Positions 21,108 to 31,286 of a stretch of DNA of 64,000 nucleotides are shown one piece after another. Under the pieces are notes generated by a model. The model saw only the letters and a list, made by a program, of their open reading frames with translations. It ran no database searches and was not told the origin of the DNA. The stretch is from Longimicrobiales bacterium (GTDB lineage: Bacteria; Gemmatimonadota; Gemmatimonadetes; Longimicrobiales; Gaopeijiaceae): positions 224,001 through 288,000 of the forward strand of contig CBDCNQ010000001.1 of the NCBI GenBank assembly GCA_965219445.1, read 5' to 3'. The position numbers and the translations under genes are program-made. The first letter of the stretch is position 1; every line of letters starts with the position of its first letter.

Positions 21108-22394
21108 ATGATTGGGATCGTTGGGGGCGGAATCTCAGGCTTGGTTCTCGCGTTTGAGCTTCGCCGTCTGGGCGTCGAGGTCGTTGTTTGGGAGGCGGCG
21201 AGCGTTCCAGGCGGGGTCATGCGATCCCAGCTCCACGGGGATCTCGTACTGGAAATGGGCCCTCAGAGAGCACGGCTGAGCGGTCCGTTCCGGCAGCTCA
21301 TCGAGAGTGTGGAGCTAACCGAGGATTTGATCACAGCACCCGCGGATCTTCCACTGTATGTGTATCATCGAGGCCGATTGCGGCGGGCTCCTCTTTCCTT
21401 CTCACAGGCCGTGACCACTGATCTTCTTCCGTGGTGGGCCAAGCTGCGAGTGCTGGCCGAGCCCTTCACCGCGGGCCCCAGGGCAGATGATCGGGTGGGA
21501 CCCTTCTTACGGAGGAAGTTCGGCGGGACCGCGTATCGAGCCCTGTTGGGGCCCCTCTATGGTGGCCTTTACGCCTCCGATCCGGATCGGATGCCGGTCA
21601 AGCACGCGCTCCAAAGGACCCTGGTGGAGCTTGGTGTCCGGAGAAGTATCCTATGGCGGATGTTCCGTAGCGCAGGGCGGGCGGCCGAATCCGCGCCCTG
21701 CTCCTTCCGGGAAGGGATGGGATCGCTTCCGCTGGCGATCAGTCGTAAGCTGGAGGGTAGTGTCCGGCTAGAGGCCCCGGTGCGAACGCTGCGGAGGAAG
21801 GCGGACGGGTGGGACGTCGCCCTGGATGGCTCAGAAGTCCTGGGGGCTGAGGCGGTGGTCTTGGCGTGCCCCTCTGATGCCGCCGCCCGCCTCCTCGGGG
21901 ACGCCTATCCGGAAGAGGCGGCCCGGCTCTCGGCTCTTCGGTACAACCGGCTCGCCCTCGTATACCTCGAGTCCGGAGCGGAACTCCGAGGGCTCGGTTA
22001 CCAAGTAGCCTTCGGGGAGTCCCTCGAGACAAGGGGTGTGACCTGGAACGACAGCCTCTTCGGACGTCCGGGCCTGTTTACCGCTTACTTGGGGGGAATG
22101 GAGAACCCTGAACTACCCGGCTGGGATGATGAGCGGATTGCGGAGATCGCCCGCAAAGAGTTCGAAGTCGTCACCGGCCATCGGGCGGAGGTGGTTCATG
22201 TTTCTCGAACCCGGATCCCCGCATGGGACGAGACGTGGGATGGTCTCGAAGGGGCCGAGTGGCCCCCGGACCTGCACATTTGCTCGAACTACACGGCACG
22301 CCCGGGGATCTTGGGCAGAATCACCGACGCTCAGCGCTTGGCGGCTACACTCGTGAAAGAGTACCCGCCCAGATCGATCAGTCCGCAGCGTTGA
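21108..22394 (+). CDS. hemY: HemY-type proto-/coproporphyrinogen oxidase
   Basis: IVGGGISGL, PGGVMRS, LEMGP, GLYASDP, SFREGMGSL; adjacent to ferrochelatase. Confidence 0.88.
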   Translation: MIGIVGGGISGLVLAFELRRLGVEVVVWEAASVPGGVMRSQLHGDLVLEMGPQRARLSGPFRQLIESVELTEDLITAPADLPLYVYHRGRLRRAPLSFSQAVTTDLLPWWAKLRVLAEPFTAGPRADDRVGPFLRRKFGGTAYRALLGPLYGGLYASDPDRMPVKHALQRTLVELGVRRSILWRMFRSAGRAAESAPCSFREGMGSLPLAISRKLEGSVRLEAPVRTLRRKADGWDVALDGSEVLGAEAVVLACPSDAAARLLGDAYPEEAARLSALRYNRLALVYLESGAELRGLGYQVAFGESLETRGVTWNDSLFGRPGLFTAYLGGMENPELPGWDDERIAEIARKEFEVVTGHRAEVVHVSRTRIPAWDETWDGLEGAEWPPDLHICSNYTARPGILGRITDAQRLAATLVKEYPPRSISPQR

Positions 22395-23412
22395 GGCAAA
22401 ACGTGGCTGGAGTAGCCCGGCAGAGGCACCGGCGCAGACCCAGCTCACCCATGATCGGCTCGGGCCGAAGCACATCTTCCACGAGATCGGTGAGGAGCTC
22501 CGCGAAGGTGGGATCATCGTGGGGAATGGGTATGCGGTGGAACTCCAGGCCGGCTTCCTCAGCAGTCTCGCGGAGTTCACCATCCAGCTCCGCCAACGTT
22601 TCGGACTGCTCGTGCATGAAGCTCACCGCATCGACAATGATTCGAGACGCATCGATTTCCCGGACTACAGCTTCGACTTCGGGCGTGGTCCATTCGATGT
22701 CACGGTTCGTGTGGTTCTGGTATCCGAGCGAGTAATCGCGGATGCCGAGTTCCCGGGCCACATTACGGCACGTCTCTTCGACGTACTCCACATACCGTGG
22801 GCCATCCTCCAAGTACTTGAGCGGCGTACCGTGAGCGGAAAAGACCAGTCTGGTATCCGACGCGTGGAGGTCGACTCCCTCCTGTTTCACATAGTCTAGA
22901 ATCGCGTTCGCGCGGAGTCGTCGATACGCTGGGTGCCGATGCCAGCCCGTGATCTCACGGAGGGTCACGTCCCACGAGAGTTCAGTGACAGCGGCTTGAA
23001 CGTCTTCCAGGGCCGCCACCGTAGTGGACATACCGCAGAGCGGATAGATAGGAAGGGCCACGAGTTGCTCGACGGCGTCGGCTTGCGCCTGGGCTACGGC
23101 TTCACCGACCGAGGGCCCCGTAAACTGCATGCCCGAGTAACAATGCACGTCCAAACCTCGCCGGCGAAGAATTCGTTCGACCATGCGAGCCTGTTTGTGG
23201 GCCTGGTGGTTCATCGGGGATCCACCGATCTCCTTGTATTCCTTGATCAGGCCGGGTGCCCGCGCCTCGGCGAGTTTTCGCGCGTGACCCTTCCCCTTGT
23301 CGGATTCCAGGGACGAGTTCCGAGTGAAAATACGTTCCAGAAAAGGGATGACTTCCTTGAGCGTGGGATTCTCGGGCTCACCGAAGTTGAGTATCAAGAC
23401 ACCGATCTTCAT
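22378..23412 (-). CDS. hemH: ferrochelatase
   Basis: LILNFGEP, YKEIGGSP, FSAHGTP, EWTTP, FMHEQSETLAELD. Confidence 0.92.
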   Translation of the reverse strand: MKIGVLILNFGEPENPTLKEVIPFLERIFTRNSSLESDKGKGHARKLAEARAPGLIKEYKEIGGSPMNHQAHKQARMVERILRRRGLDVHCYSGMQFTGPSVGEAVAQAQADAVEQLVALPIYPLCGMSTTVAALEDVQAAVTELSWDVTLREITGWHRHPAYRRLRANAILDYVKQEGVDLHASDTRLVFSAHGTPLKYLEDGPRYVEYVEETCRNVARELGIRDYSLGYQNHTNRDIEWTTPEVEAVVREIDASRIIVDAVSFMHEQSETLAELDGELRETAEEAGLEFHRIPIPHDDPTFAELLTDLVEDVLRPEPIMGELGLRRCLCRATPATFCLNAAD

Positions 23413-23569
23413 TGATGAAGGTCCGGTTTCCGTATCGGGAAATGCGGGTGCGAGGGACAGGAACGGGGCGGCAGAGGGCCCAAGTAAGCCAAACCAGACA
23501 CGCACCACCAAGGCCGGAAACGTACGTGCTTGCGAAGCTCTGATCCAACGTGCGAGCCGGATACTCCGC

Positions 23570-26500
23570 TCAGTTGCTCGGGGTCCTCGACAATGCCCGG
23601 TAGTATTCCTCGACCAAGCGTCGGAAGCCTGTGGGGACCTCATCGGAGCCGGATACGAAGACCCGATCTTGCCCCTCCCCCTCCAGCTCACGCCGCAAGC
23701 CGAACTCCAACTGCCTCAGTCCCTCGACGATCTGCGACTGGAGTCGATTCAACTCAGCCAGATCCAAGTAGACGTTCTCGCGGTCTAACTCCCTCAGGGC
23801 CCCGATCACCTCGCCGAGCTGTTGCTGGTTCAGATCCTCCTCTTCGAGGATGCGCTGCAGTTCAATCGCCTCCTGGATGCGTTGCCGAGCCTCGCTACGG
23901 AACTGCCGGATGTCTCCACGTGAGAGACGGCCGCCTCTCGTGTTGGCATAAGCGCCGCCGTTCGTACCGTAGGCGCCTTCATCTTGGCCGATCTGCCCGT
24001 CCGCGCCGCCCTGACCTCCCTGTTGGCCTCCTTGCTGACCTTGGCCCTCCTGACCCTGTTGGCCTTGCTGACCCTGCTGGCCTTGCTGACCCTGGCTCTG
24101 TTGATTCTCGTCGCCCTGGCCTTGTTCTCCCCGCTCACCGAGTCTGCGTGAAAGCGACTCGGCACCCCGCGAGAGGTCTCTTGCTCGGTCGAGCGCTTCC
24201 GCCCGGCGGTCCGATTGGTTCTCGCCAATCGCGTCGTTCGCCCTCTGCAATTCCTGTTCGAGCTCCTCGACGATTCGGGTAGTTTCGGCCTCGAACTCGT
24301 TCGTGTACTCACGGTCCTGGACGCCGATAAGGCCCCGGGAATAACGGATACGTTCCTTGAGCTTGTCGTCCCGTATCGTAGTTGCGGCCTCGCGCAACCG
24401 ATCCGATGCCTCCCTCTGGTCGGCTCGCGCGTCGCTTGTCAGCCGGTCGATCTCCCGTTCAAGGTCGGCGACTTCCTCGTTCATCGCTTCCTTGCGCTCG
24501 AATAGGCGTCTTCCAGCCTCCGTGCCAGGCCCGTCACTCGCCTCGCCGAGGCGGTCCATGTCCGCTTCGATATCACGCTGTTCCCGAACCAGATCTTCCG
24601 CTCTTTCTTGGGCCTCTTCGACGTCGGTGCGGAGCCGATCCAGACGATCTCGTTCCAGGCGCCGCTGCACATCTTCCAATCGATCGAGGGCCGAGTTGGC
24701 GTCAGCCGTCGCGGCGCTCCCTGCCGCGGCTGCCGCGCGGCGCATATCCCCAGCCGCCTCTTGGAGTCGCCGGGAAGCGTCCATCAACTGCTGGTCGTTG
24801 GTGTCGCGGGCCAAGCGCTCGAGACGGCGGGCCGCCTCCTCAGTCTCGTCGGCGAGCTCACGCTGACTCGCATCACCGGCTCCGCCAGAGGCGCCTCCCT
24901 GCTGGGCGGCGGCCCTGCGCTGCCGCTCGGCCTGCTGCTGCTGCCGCCTTGCGAGTTCCTTCAGATCCTCCATCGTCTCTTCGAGCTGGTCACCGGCCTG
25001 CCGGCGCTCACCTCGCTCGACGGTCTCGTACTGGTTCTTGAGCTTATCGAGCTCGAGCTCGAAGAGATCGGCCAGGTCGTCTGCTCTCGCGCCACCGCCG
25101 CCGCCACCGCCGCCACCCTGCTGCCCCTGACTGACCTCTACCTCATAGTTCTCCTCCGCCTTCTGGAGCTGCAGGAGCGCTCTGAGCTCAGGTGAGATCG
25201 CCTCCTGAAGCTCCCCGTCCGCGAGGACTTCTTCCGCGGCCTCCATTTCAGCGATGGCCTTGCTCAGCAACTCGGCGATCTTCTGAAACTCGGAATCGTT
25301 CCCAAGGCCGCGAGACGTCAGCCGCTGCAGCAGTCCCGCCACCTGCTCCCGCGCGCGGCCCTGGGCCAAGCGCACACTGACCAGGTTCTCCTGGAACTCA
25401 GTTTCACTGTAACGCTCGCGGTCTCGCACCAGGTTGTACGTGGCTGCGACAACCTGCTCTTGGAGCTCGGAGAGAGCACGCTCTTCCTGCCCACCGCCAC
25501 CGCCGCCGCCGCCACCCTGCTCGGCCTGGCGGAAGTCGACACGGAAAGGCCGGATCGTGAGGAAATAGATGTCGCTCTTTGCGGCGCGGCTCTCTGGCCC
25601 CGGATTGCTGTCCTCGACTTGTGCGTAGTAAGCGACGAGGTCACCAGATTCGAGGCCGAATTCCTCGAGAAAAAGCGTGTGCCCCGCAGTAATCTCCGGT
25701 GTCGGACGGTCGTCGAACAGCCGAACCGTGTCTTCGGGGCCACCGTTGACCGAATACATGAGAAGCAACTCGGAGACCCCGTAGTCGTCGTCGGCTCTCG
25801 CCTCGACGTAGAATTCCTCGATCGGACTCGCGTTCTCATCGCGCCCGGGCTTGGAAAACGACACAGACGGTGGTTGATCCGTGAGGACGTCGATCGTGTA
25901 TTGGGGAGAGGCTGGAACGAGTCCTCCGCTTGCCCTCGCCAAAGCGACTTCATAATACCCCTCGCGCTCGACGGTCAGGCTCGCTGTCCACGTGCCATCC
26001 CCTTCGTCCGTGAGTTCCACCGCCTCACCGTCGACGAGGAGTTGCCCACCGGGCGTGAGCATCGTGGGGAAGACTCTCAGCCTCACGACCGTCCCACGGA
26101 GCGCGGCGATGTCGCCGCCGAACTCGACCGTCCGAGGAGCGAGCCCTGAGTAGGCGGGAAAGCGATATTCCAACTCGAGATGCTCTACATATGGAAGATC
26201 GGCCACCTCAATTCGGTGTGTGGCCGAGCGAATGCCGCTGGACTCCACAAAGTAATCGGTGTTCTCGTCCAGGCCGAGAAGGAGGAGCTCGAAGCCCTCC
26301 GCTCCGTCCGTGAGCATCGATAGCTGGTCGAACACGTCCGAGGACTCCCCTCGGAAAAAGATCTGCACGTCCTCGGTCTCAAAGCCTTGGAGCTCAGCTG
26401 TGACGAGCTGATCAGATCCTCGAGCAATCGTGACGTCACCGGGGCTCACCGAAATCGAATACGGGTTCACCGTCCCCGCATCCCGCGTGGGCAGGAGAAG

Positions 26501-27049
26501 GGCCGCTGCCCCATTGCGGAGTTGACTCGGTCCCAGGAGCAGTAACGCGAGCGAGCCGAGTGCCATCGCGGCTAGTGCTCCCGAGGCCCGGTAAAGACCC
26601 TTTTGCTCAACCCGGCGCCCAAAATCGACATCGCTCGCTCGCTCGAGCGCATTCTCGACGAGTCGTCTTTCGAGGGCCTCCGAGGCCGGGTCCGACCCGG
26701 ATGCCGTCTCGAGTGCGGCCAGCACCGAGGTCTCGAGCGAGGGCTCGTTCTCTTCCAGGTAGAGGGCGGCCTGCTCGTCGGAGACCCTCCGCGCGAGTGG
26801 CCAAACGAGGAAGCGGGCCGTCAGTCCGGCTGCGACGATCCACAGGATCACACGGAACGCGACGACCGATGAGGCACTGAAACGTGAGACTTCGAGCCCA
26901 TAGACAGATAGGAGGAACGCGAGTAAACCAGCGCCGAGCACAATGGCCATTCCGCGGACCGCGATACGTGCACGCCACCGCCTGCGAATCTTGCGAACGA
27001 TGGCGAGGACCCGGTCGTGAAGAATGCCCTTATGTGCTGCTCGGTACAT
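23570..27049 (-). CDS. large membrane-anchored coiled-coil protein (DUF4175-like)
   Basis: 3 N-terminal TMs, beta-rich region with DQPPSV and ARADDDYGV, poly-Gly linkers, Q/G repeats, C-terminal VPTGFRRLVEEYYRAL. Confidence 0.85.
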   Translation of the reverse strand: MYRAAHKGILHDRVLAIVRKIRRRWRARIAVRGMAIVLGAGLLAFLLSVYGLEVSRFSASSVVAFRVILWIVAAGLTARFLVWPLARRVSDEQAALYLEENEPSLETSVLAALETASGSDPASEALERRLVENALERASDVDFGRRVEQKGLYRASGALAAMALGSLALLLLGPSQLRNGAAALLLPTRDAGTVNPYSISVSPGDVTIARGSDQLVTAELQGFETEDVQIFFRGESSDVFDQLSMLTDGAEGFELLLLGLDENTDYFVESSGIRSATHRIEVADLPYVEHLELEYRFPAYSGLAPRTVEFGGDIAALRGTVVRLRVFPTMLTPGGQLLVDGEAVELTDEGDGTWTASLTVEREGYYEVALARASGGLVPASPQYTIDVLTDQPPSVSFSKPGRDENASPIEEFYVEARADDDYGVSELLLMYSVNGGPEDTVRLFDDRPTPEITAGHTLFLEEFGLESGDLVAYYAQVEDSNPGPESRAAKSDIYFLTIRPFRVDFRQAEQGGGGGGGGGQEERALSELQEQVVAATYNLVRDRERYSETEFQENLVSVRLAQGRAREQVAGLLQRLTSRGLGNDSEFQKIAELLSKAIAEMEAAEEVLADGELQEAISPELRALLQLQKAEENYEVEVSQGQQGGGGGGGGGARADDLADLFELELDKLKNQYETVERGERRQAGDQLEETMEDLKELARRQQQQAERQRRAAAQQGGASGGAGDASQRELADETEEAARRLERLARDTNDQQLMDASRRLQEAAGDMRRAAAAAGSAATADANSALDRLEDVQRRLERDRLDRLRTDVEEAQERAEDLVREQRDIEADMDRLGEASDGPGTEAGRRLFERKEAMNEEVADLEREIDRLTSDARADQREASDRLREAATTIRDDKLKERIRYSRGLIGVQDREYTNEFEAETTRIVEELEQELQRANDAIGENQSDRRAEALDRARDLSRGAESLSRRLGERGEQGQGDENQQSQGQQGQQGQQGQQGQEGQGQQGGQQGGQGGADGQIGQDEGAYGTNGGAYANTRGGRLSRGDIRQFRSEARQRIQEAIELQRILEEEDLNQQQLGEVIGALRELDRENVYLDLAELNRLQSQIVEGLRQLEFGLRRELEGEGQDRVFVSGSDEVPTGFRRLVEEYYRALSRTPSN
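24005..24100 (-). repeat. coding low-complexity repeat (QGQ)n
   Basis: Repeated CCTTGCTGACCCTG units encoding QGQQGQQGQQGQQGQEGQGQQGGQQGGQGG. Confidence 0.8.
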
Positions 27050-29162
27050 AACTCCTCCCATCCTCAAATCTCGTGGTCGCCGTCCGGGAAATCCAGTTCG
27101 AAATAGCGGTCTCTGTCAGTAAGAGCACCAGCGCTGCCACCATCAGCAGGCGCCATAGGGACTGACGCCGCTCCTGATTTCTCGCCTGCATCTCGGGCGT
27201 CAGCATCTCTCCGCCGGCACCCAACTCGCCCCCCGTCTCCCGGGGGGCGACTGCTCCCGCGAGCTCGGTGGGGTCCATAGACTCCAACTCAGACTCCGTC
27301 ACGTCCACGTTGACCGCAACTGCGAACACGCGTTCCGGGTCGGTACCCGGTGGCCGTACTTCGTAAAACCCCTGCTCTTCGAGTGCCAAGAAACGAGGTC
27401 CGGTGGTCGCCGGCAAGGAGACACTCCCACCCCCCGGCGTCAGCGCGACCTGATCCACCTCGGGCGCCAGCTCATTCTCTCGGTCGGCGACGAAGACCAT
27501 ACCGGCGGGGTCGGCGATGTCGAGGACTTGACCGGCCGTGAACCAGGGCACGCGTTCCCGGTATCCGCCGAGGTGACGCATCATCTGGTGAACGAACGGT
27601 AAAAATACCGGCTGTACCGCCAGATCGTTCCAAAAGGCGTCCATCGTGCTGGTCCAGACGAGTACATAGCCCTGTCCAAGGCGCCGCTCGGCAAGCGCAA
27701 CCGACCCGTCGTCGAATCGTGCCAGTACTCGTCCCTCCGGACCGACCTCCAGATCCCGCGACCGGAAAAACCGTGCCCGGGCGAAGTCACCGCTGCGGGG
27801 CCCACCGAACAACTCGAACACCGGATGGGAATAGTCGAGGTAGCCCAGTCGAGCCGCTCCCCTCGTATGGTCCCTTGCTGGGCCGAATCTCCCAGGAAGC
27901 ATCTCTTCGAGCCCTGTCTGCCACGCGCTCCTTTCCCCGAGGACGAGCAACAGTCCACCGCCCCCTTCCACGAAGCCACGGAGACGATCTGCGGTAGCGC
28001 CCTGTGGGAACCGAGTGTCATTGAGAACGACTACGTCCGTCGCCTCCAAGTCGTCCACCGAGAGCGCGGTTGAACGCCTCACATCGACCTGGAAGGACGC
28101 CTCCTCGCTGATCTCGAGCGCCCGCTGTATGTACAGGCTGGCATCGGGCCGCGGACTTGCCCCTTCCAACACGAGCATCCTCATCGCCCTTCCGGGCGAA
28201 AGCACGAAGTGGAGCTCATCGTCCTGGGGAAGCACATCGGCATCGAGCCGGATCGAACCACGGGTGTAGAGCTCGGAGAGCGTGAATGGCTCGAACACGA
28301 CGGTCGCCGAGCCGGTCGGATCGAGGCTGACGGTCTGGGTCTGAACCTCCTGCCCATCCAACTCGAGCAGGATGGTTCGATCGGCCGGCGCTTCCCCCTG
28401 ACGGCGCACCACACGGGCCGTGGCCGTCATGCGTTCCTGTCCGGAGAAGAACTCTCGCCGGAGAGCCACCGATGCCACTGCGGCATTCGGCGTCGTGTCA
28501 TCGGAAATCAGCACGGGATTCACCACCGTTCCAGGCGGAAATGTCACACCCTCGTCGCCGTTCCAACCGGTGCGTTGGAAGTCACCGATGATGAAGGCTT
28601 CCCGGTTCGGCAACTGGGACTCCTCGAGGATCGTCTGGGCCAACTTCAAGGCCGGGCCGTACAGGGTCCCGTCTGCGCTCAGACTGGCTGTGTCCAGAGC
28701 AGTGAGGAGGCGATCCCGATCTGAGGTCGCACGAAAGAGCGCCTCCGCGCCACGCCCCATGAACACGAGGCTGGCCCGATCGGAAGCGTCCAGGCCCTGG
28801 AAGACCTCTCGAGCCTGAGTCTTCGCCCGCTCCCAACGGTCGCCATAGCCCATCGAATACGATCGGTCCAAGACGACGACGACTTCGCGAGGGCCGAGCG
28901 TCGCGCCAACCGCCACTTCAGTGTTCTCGAAGAAGGGGCGGGTGAATGCGGCAACGAGTAGCGCCAATGCCAAAGCTCGGATCGACAGCAGTGTCCAGTG
29001 GTGGATTCGCCTGCGTTGGGTCGAACGAAACGGGATCTTCCTGAGGAACATCAGAGAGGGGAAGTCCACCACGTTGCGGCGTTGTTTCTCGGTCAGGTGC
29101 ACGACGATCGGAACCAGCAGACCGATGAGGCCCAATAGGAACAGGGGAGCCAGAAGACCCAT
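27030..29162 (-). CDS. BatA N-terminal + VWA domain membrane protein
   Basis: LAPLFLLGL..PIVVHL..FPSLMFL; MIDAS DRSYS; C-terminal NVDVTESEL and TM LWRLL. Confidence 0.88.
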   Translation of the reverse strand: MGLLAPLFLLGLIGLLVPIVVHLTEKQRRNVVDFPSLMFLRKIPFRSTQRRRIHHWTLLSIRALALALLVAAFTRPFFENTEVAVGATLGPREVVVVLDRSYSMGYGDRWERAKTQAREVFQGLDASDRASLVFMGRGAEALFRATSDRDRLLTALDTASLSADGTLYGPALKLAQTILEESQLPNREAFIIGDFQRTGWNGDEGVTFPPGTVVNPVLISDDTTPNAAVASVALRREFFSGQERMTATARVVRRQGEAPADRTILLELDGQEVQTQTVSLDPTGSATVVFEPFTLSELYTRGSIRLDADVLPQDDELHFVLSPGRAMRMLVLEGASPRPDASLYIQRALEISEEASFQVDVRRSTALSVDDLEATDVVVLNDTRFPQGATADRLRGFVEGGGGLLLVLGERSAWQTGLEEMLPGRFGPARDHTRGAARLGYLDYSHPVFELFGGPRSGDFARARFFRSRDLEVGPEGRVLARFDDGSVALAERRLGQGYVLVWTSTMDAFWNDLAVQPVFLPFVHQMMRHLGGYRERVPWFTAGQVLDIADPAGMVFVADRENELAPEVDQVALTPGGGSVSLPATTGPRFLALEEQGFYEVRPPGTDPERVFAVAVNVDVTESELESMDPTELAGAVAPRETGGELGAGGEMLTPEMQARNQERRQSLWRLLMVAALVLLLTETAISNWISRTATTRFEDGRSYVPSST

Positions 29163-30085
29163 CAGCGCACCCTGGTCATTTTTTCACGACTCGAGAGGTA
29201 TCGGAAGAGGGCATAATCCAGGGGCTTCGACGTGTCGAGCACGGTGTAGTCGATCCTGCTCCCCGTGAAAAGGCGCTCCAGCTCTTGGGTGTGTCGGCCG
29301 ATAAGCGCACGATATTCATCCCCGAGCTCATCGGGTACGATCGGGATCATCGTCTCACTCTCCAGATCTCGAAAACTTGCCGCACTCTCGTACGTGAACT
29401 CGAGCTCGGCGGGGTCGAGCAGATGAAACACGATCACGTCGTGGCCTCGAGCCCTGAGATGAAGAACCGAATCCATCACCTTCTCCGGCTCATCGTAGAA
29501 ATCCGAAAGAAGGAGGATGATCCCTCGGTGGTGGAGGTTGTCGCCCAGTCGCATGAGCGGGTCACGCAGCGTACCAGGCCGTCCCGGCCGGGCGCGTGCC
29601 AGCGTGTGAAGGACGAGCTGCAAATGGCGGGTGGAGGGCGGCACGTACTCCACGATCTCGTGATCAAAAGTCGTGAGACCCACCCGGTCTCGCTGCTTCT
29701 GCGAGAAGTAAGAGAGAGCCGCTGCCAGGTAACGTGCGTAGTCCAGCTTGTTGACCGCGTGGGTACCGAAGCTCATGGACTTGGAGATGTCGAGCACGAC
29801 CATGAAATCGGCGCTGGTCTCCGCCTCGAACAGCTTGATGTAGAAACGGTCCGTGCGAGCGAAGAGTCTCCAGTCGATGCGCCGGATGTCGTCGCCTCGC
29901 ATGTACTCTCGGTGTTCCGCGAAGTCGAGCGACATCCCCAGGTGGGGTGACCTGTGAAGACCCTGGAGGAAGCCGTCCACGACGGTTCGGGACAGCAACT
30001 CCAGATTTCCGATCCGGCTCAAGACCGCGGGATCGAGGAACTGCGTATCGGCGCCGTGAACACTCGAGCGTTCTCTGACAGCCAC
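29162..30085 (-). CDS. DUF58 (VWA-like) protein
   Basis: GLHRS..G.SLDFAEHREY..GDDIRRIDW, LDISKSM, LSDF. Confidence 0.92.
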   Translation of the reverse strand: MAVRERSSVHGADTQFLDPAVLSRIGNLELLSRTVVDGFLQGLHRSPHLGMSLDFAEHREYMRGDDIRRIDWRLFARTDRFYIKLFEAETSADFMVVLDISKSMSFGTHAVNKLDYARYLAAALSYFSQKQRDRVGLTTFDHEIVEYVPPSTRHLQLVLHTLARARPGRPGTLRDPLMRLGDNLHHRGIILLLSDFYDEPEKVMDSVLHLRARGHDVIVFHLLDPAELEFTYESAASFRDLESETMIPIVPDELGDEYRALIGRHTQELERLFTGSRIDYTVLDTSKPLDYALFRYLSSREKMTRVR

Positions 30086-30097
30086 CTGCGGATCCGC

Positions 30098-31225
30098 CTA
30101 CAGGCCGGAGGAGGGTGTGGGCACAGCCTCGAGAAGCTGGTCGACCAGCTCACCGGTGGTCACGCCCTCGGATTCGGCGTGGAAGTTGGTGAGAATCCTA
30201 TGCCTCAGAACCGGGTGCGCGAGGGCTCGAATGTCTTCGAAGCTCACGTTGTAACGCCCCTTCGTGAGCGCCCGCGCCTTCCCTCCCAGAATGAGATATT
30301 GGGCGGCCCGGACGCTTGCCCCGAAGGCGATCCACTTGTTGACGAAGTCCGCGCTATCTCCGTTGGGGCTCGGCCGGGTGGCCCGAACGAGACCGACCGC
30401 ATAGCGCATGGCCGCGTCCGGGACGGGTACCTTTCGTACGAGCCTCTGGAACGCGATGAGGTCTGCGCCTGTGACCGTGTGTTCGAAATCAGGCTCCTGG
30501 ATGCCGGTCGTCGTGCGCACCACGTCCAACTCCTCGTCCTCGGCGAGATGGTCCATGATGATCTTGAACATGAAGCGGTCGAGCTGCGCCTCGGGCAGCG
30601 GGTAGGTGCCTTCGAGCTCGATGGGATTCTGGGTGGCGAAAACGTAGAAGGGCTCATCGAGCACGTACGTGGTTCCCTGAACCGTAACGCGATGCTCCTG
30701 CATCGCCTCCAAGAGCGCCGACTGGGTCTTGGGGGGTGTTCGATTGATCTCATCCGCGAGCACGATGTTCGCAAAGATGGGTCCAGGGGCGAACACCATG
30801 CTGCGCTGACCCGTCTCCGCGTCCTCCTGAATGATGTCCGTGCCCGTGATATCAGACGGCATCACGTCCGGGGTGAACTGGATTCTCGAGAACTTGAGAT
30901 CCAGGACTTCGGCGACGGTGTGGATCAACAGGGTCTTGGCCAACCCGGGCACGCCGAGGAGGAGGCTGTTGCCGCCGACGAAGAGGGAAAGCAGCATCTG
31001 CTCGATCACCTCTTCCTGCCCAATGATGAGCTTCCGTATCTCGGAAAGGATCTGCTCACGTCCCGCCTTCATCTTGTCAGCGAGGTCTATGTCGTCCGGA
31101 CTCTCGAGGGCGGTCGCTTCGGCAGCGTCGACAGGCTCGACCTCAGCCACGGCTTCAGCGACTTCCTGCTCTTCCTTAAATGCCATTTCGTGCTCCGTCG
31201 AGGCCGCGTGCGGCCGTTGGCTCAT
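30098..31225 (-). CDS. MoxR-family AAA+ ATPase
   Basis: IIGQE, GVPGLAKT, RIQFTPD, LADEINRTPPKTQSALLE, YPLPEAQLDRF. Confidence 0.96.
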   Translation of the reverse strand: MSQRPHAASTEHEMAFKEEQEVAEAVAEVEPVDAAEATALESPDDIDLADKMKAGREQILSEIRKLIIGQEEVIEQMLLSLFVGGNSLLLGVPGLAKTLLIHTVAEVLDLKFSRIQFTPDVMPSDITGTDIIQEDAETGQRSMVFAPGPIFANIVLADEINRTPPKTQSALLEAMQEHRVTVQGTTYVLDEPFYVFATQNPIELEGTYPLPEAQLDRFMFKIIMDHLAEDEELDVVRTTTGIQEPDFEHTVTGADLIAFQRLVRKVPVPDAAMRYAVGLVRATRPSPNGDSADFVNKWIAFGASVRAAQYLILGGKARALTKGRYNVSFEDIRALAHPVLRHRILTNFHAESEGVTTGELVDQLLEAVPTPSSGL

Positions 31226-31286
31226 GTTGTGGTTTCTTGCCGTCCCGGGTCGGTTGCGGCGCCACCCCGGCCCTTTACGGCACTAC

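Noticed and set aside
24005..24100. Short repeats as a possible CRISPR array
   Set aside because: In-frame Gln/Gly codon repeats, no unique spacers, no cas genes.
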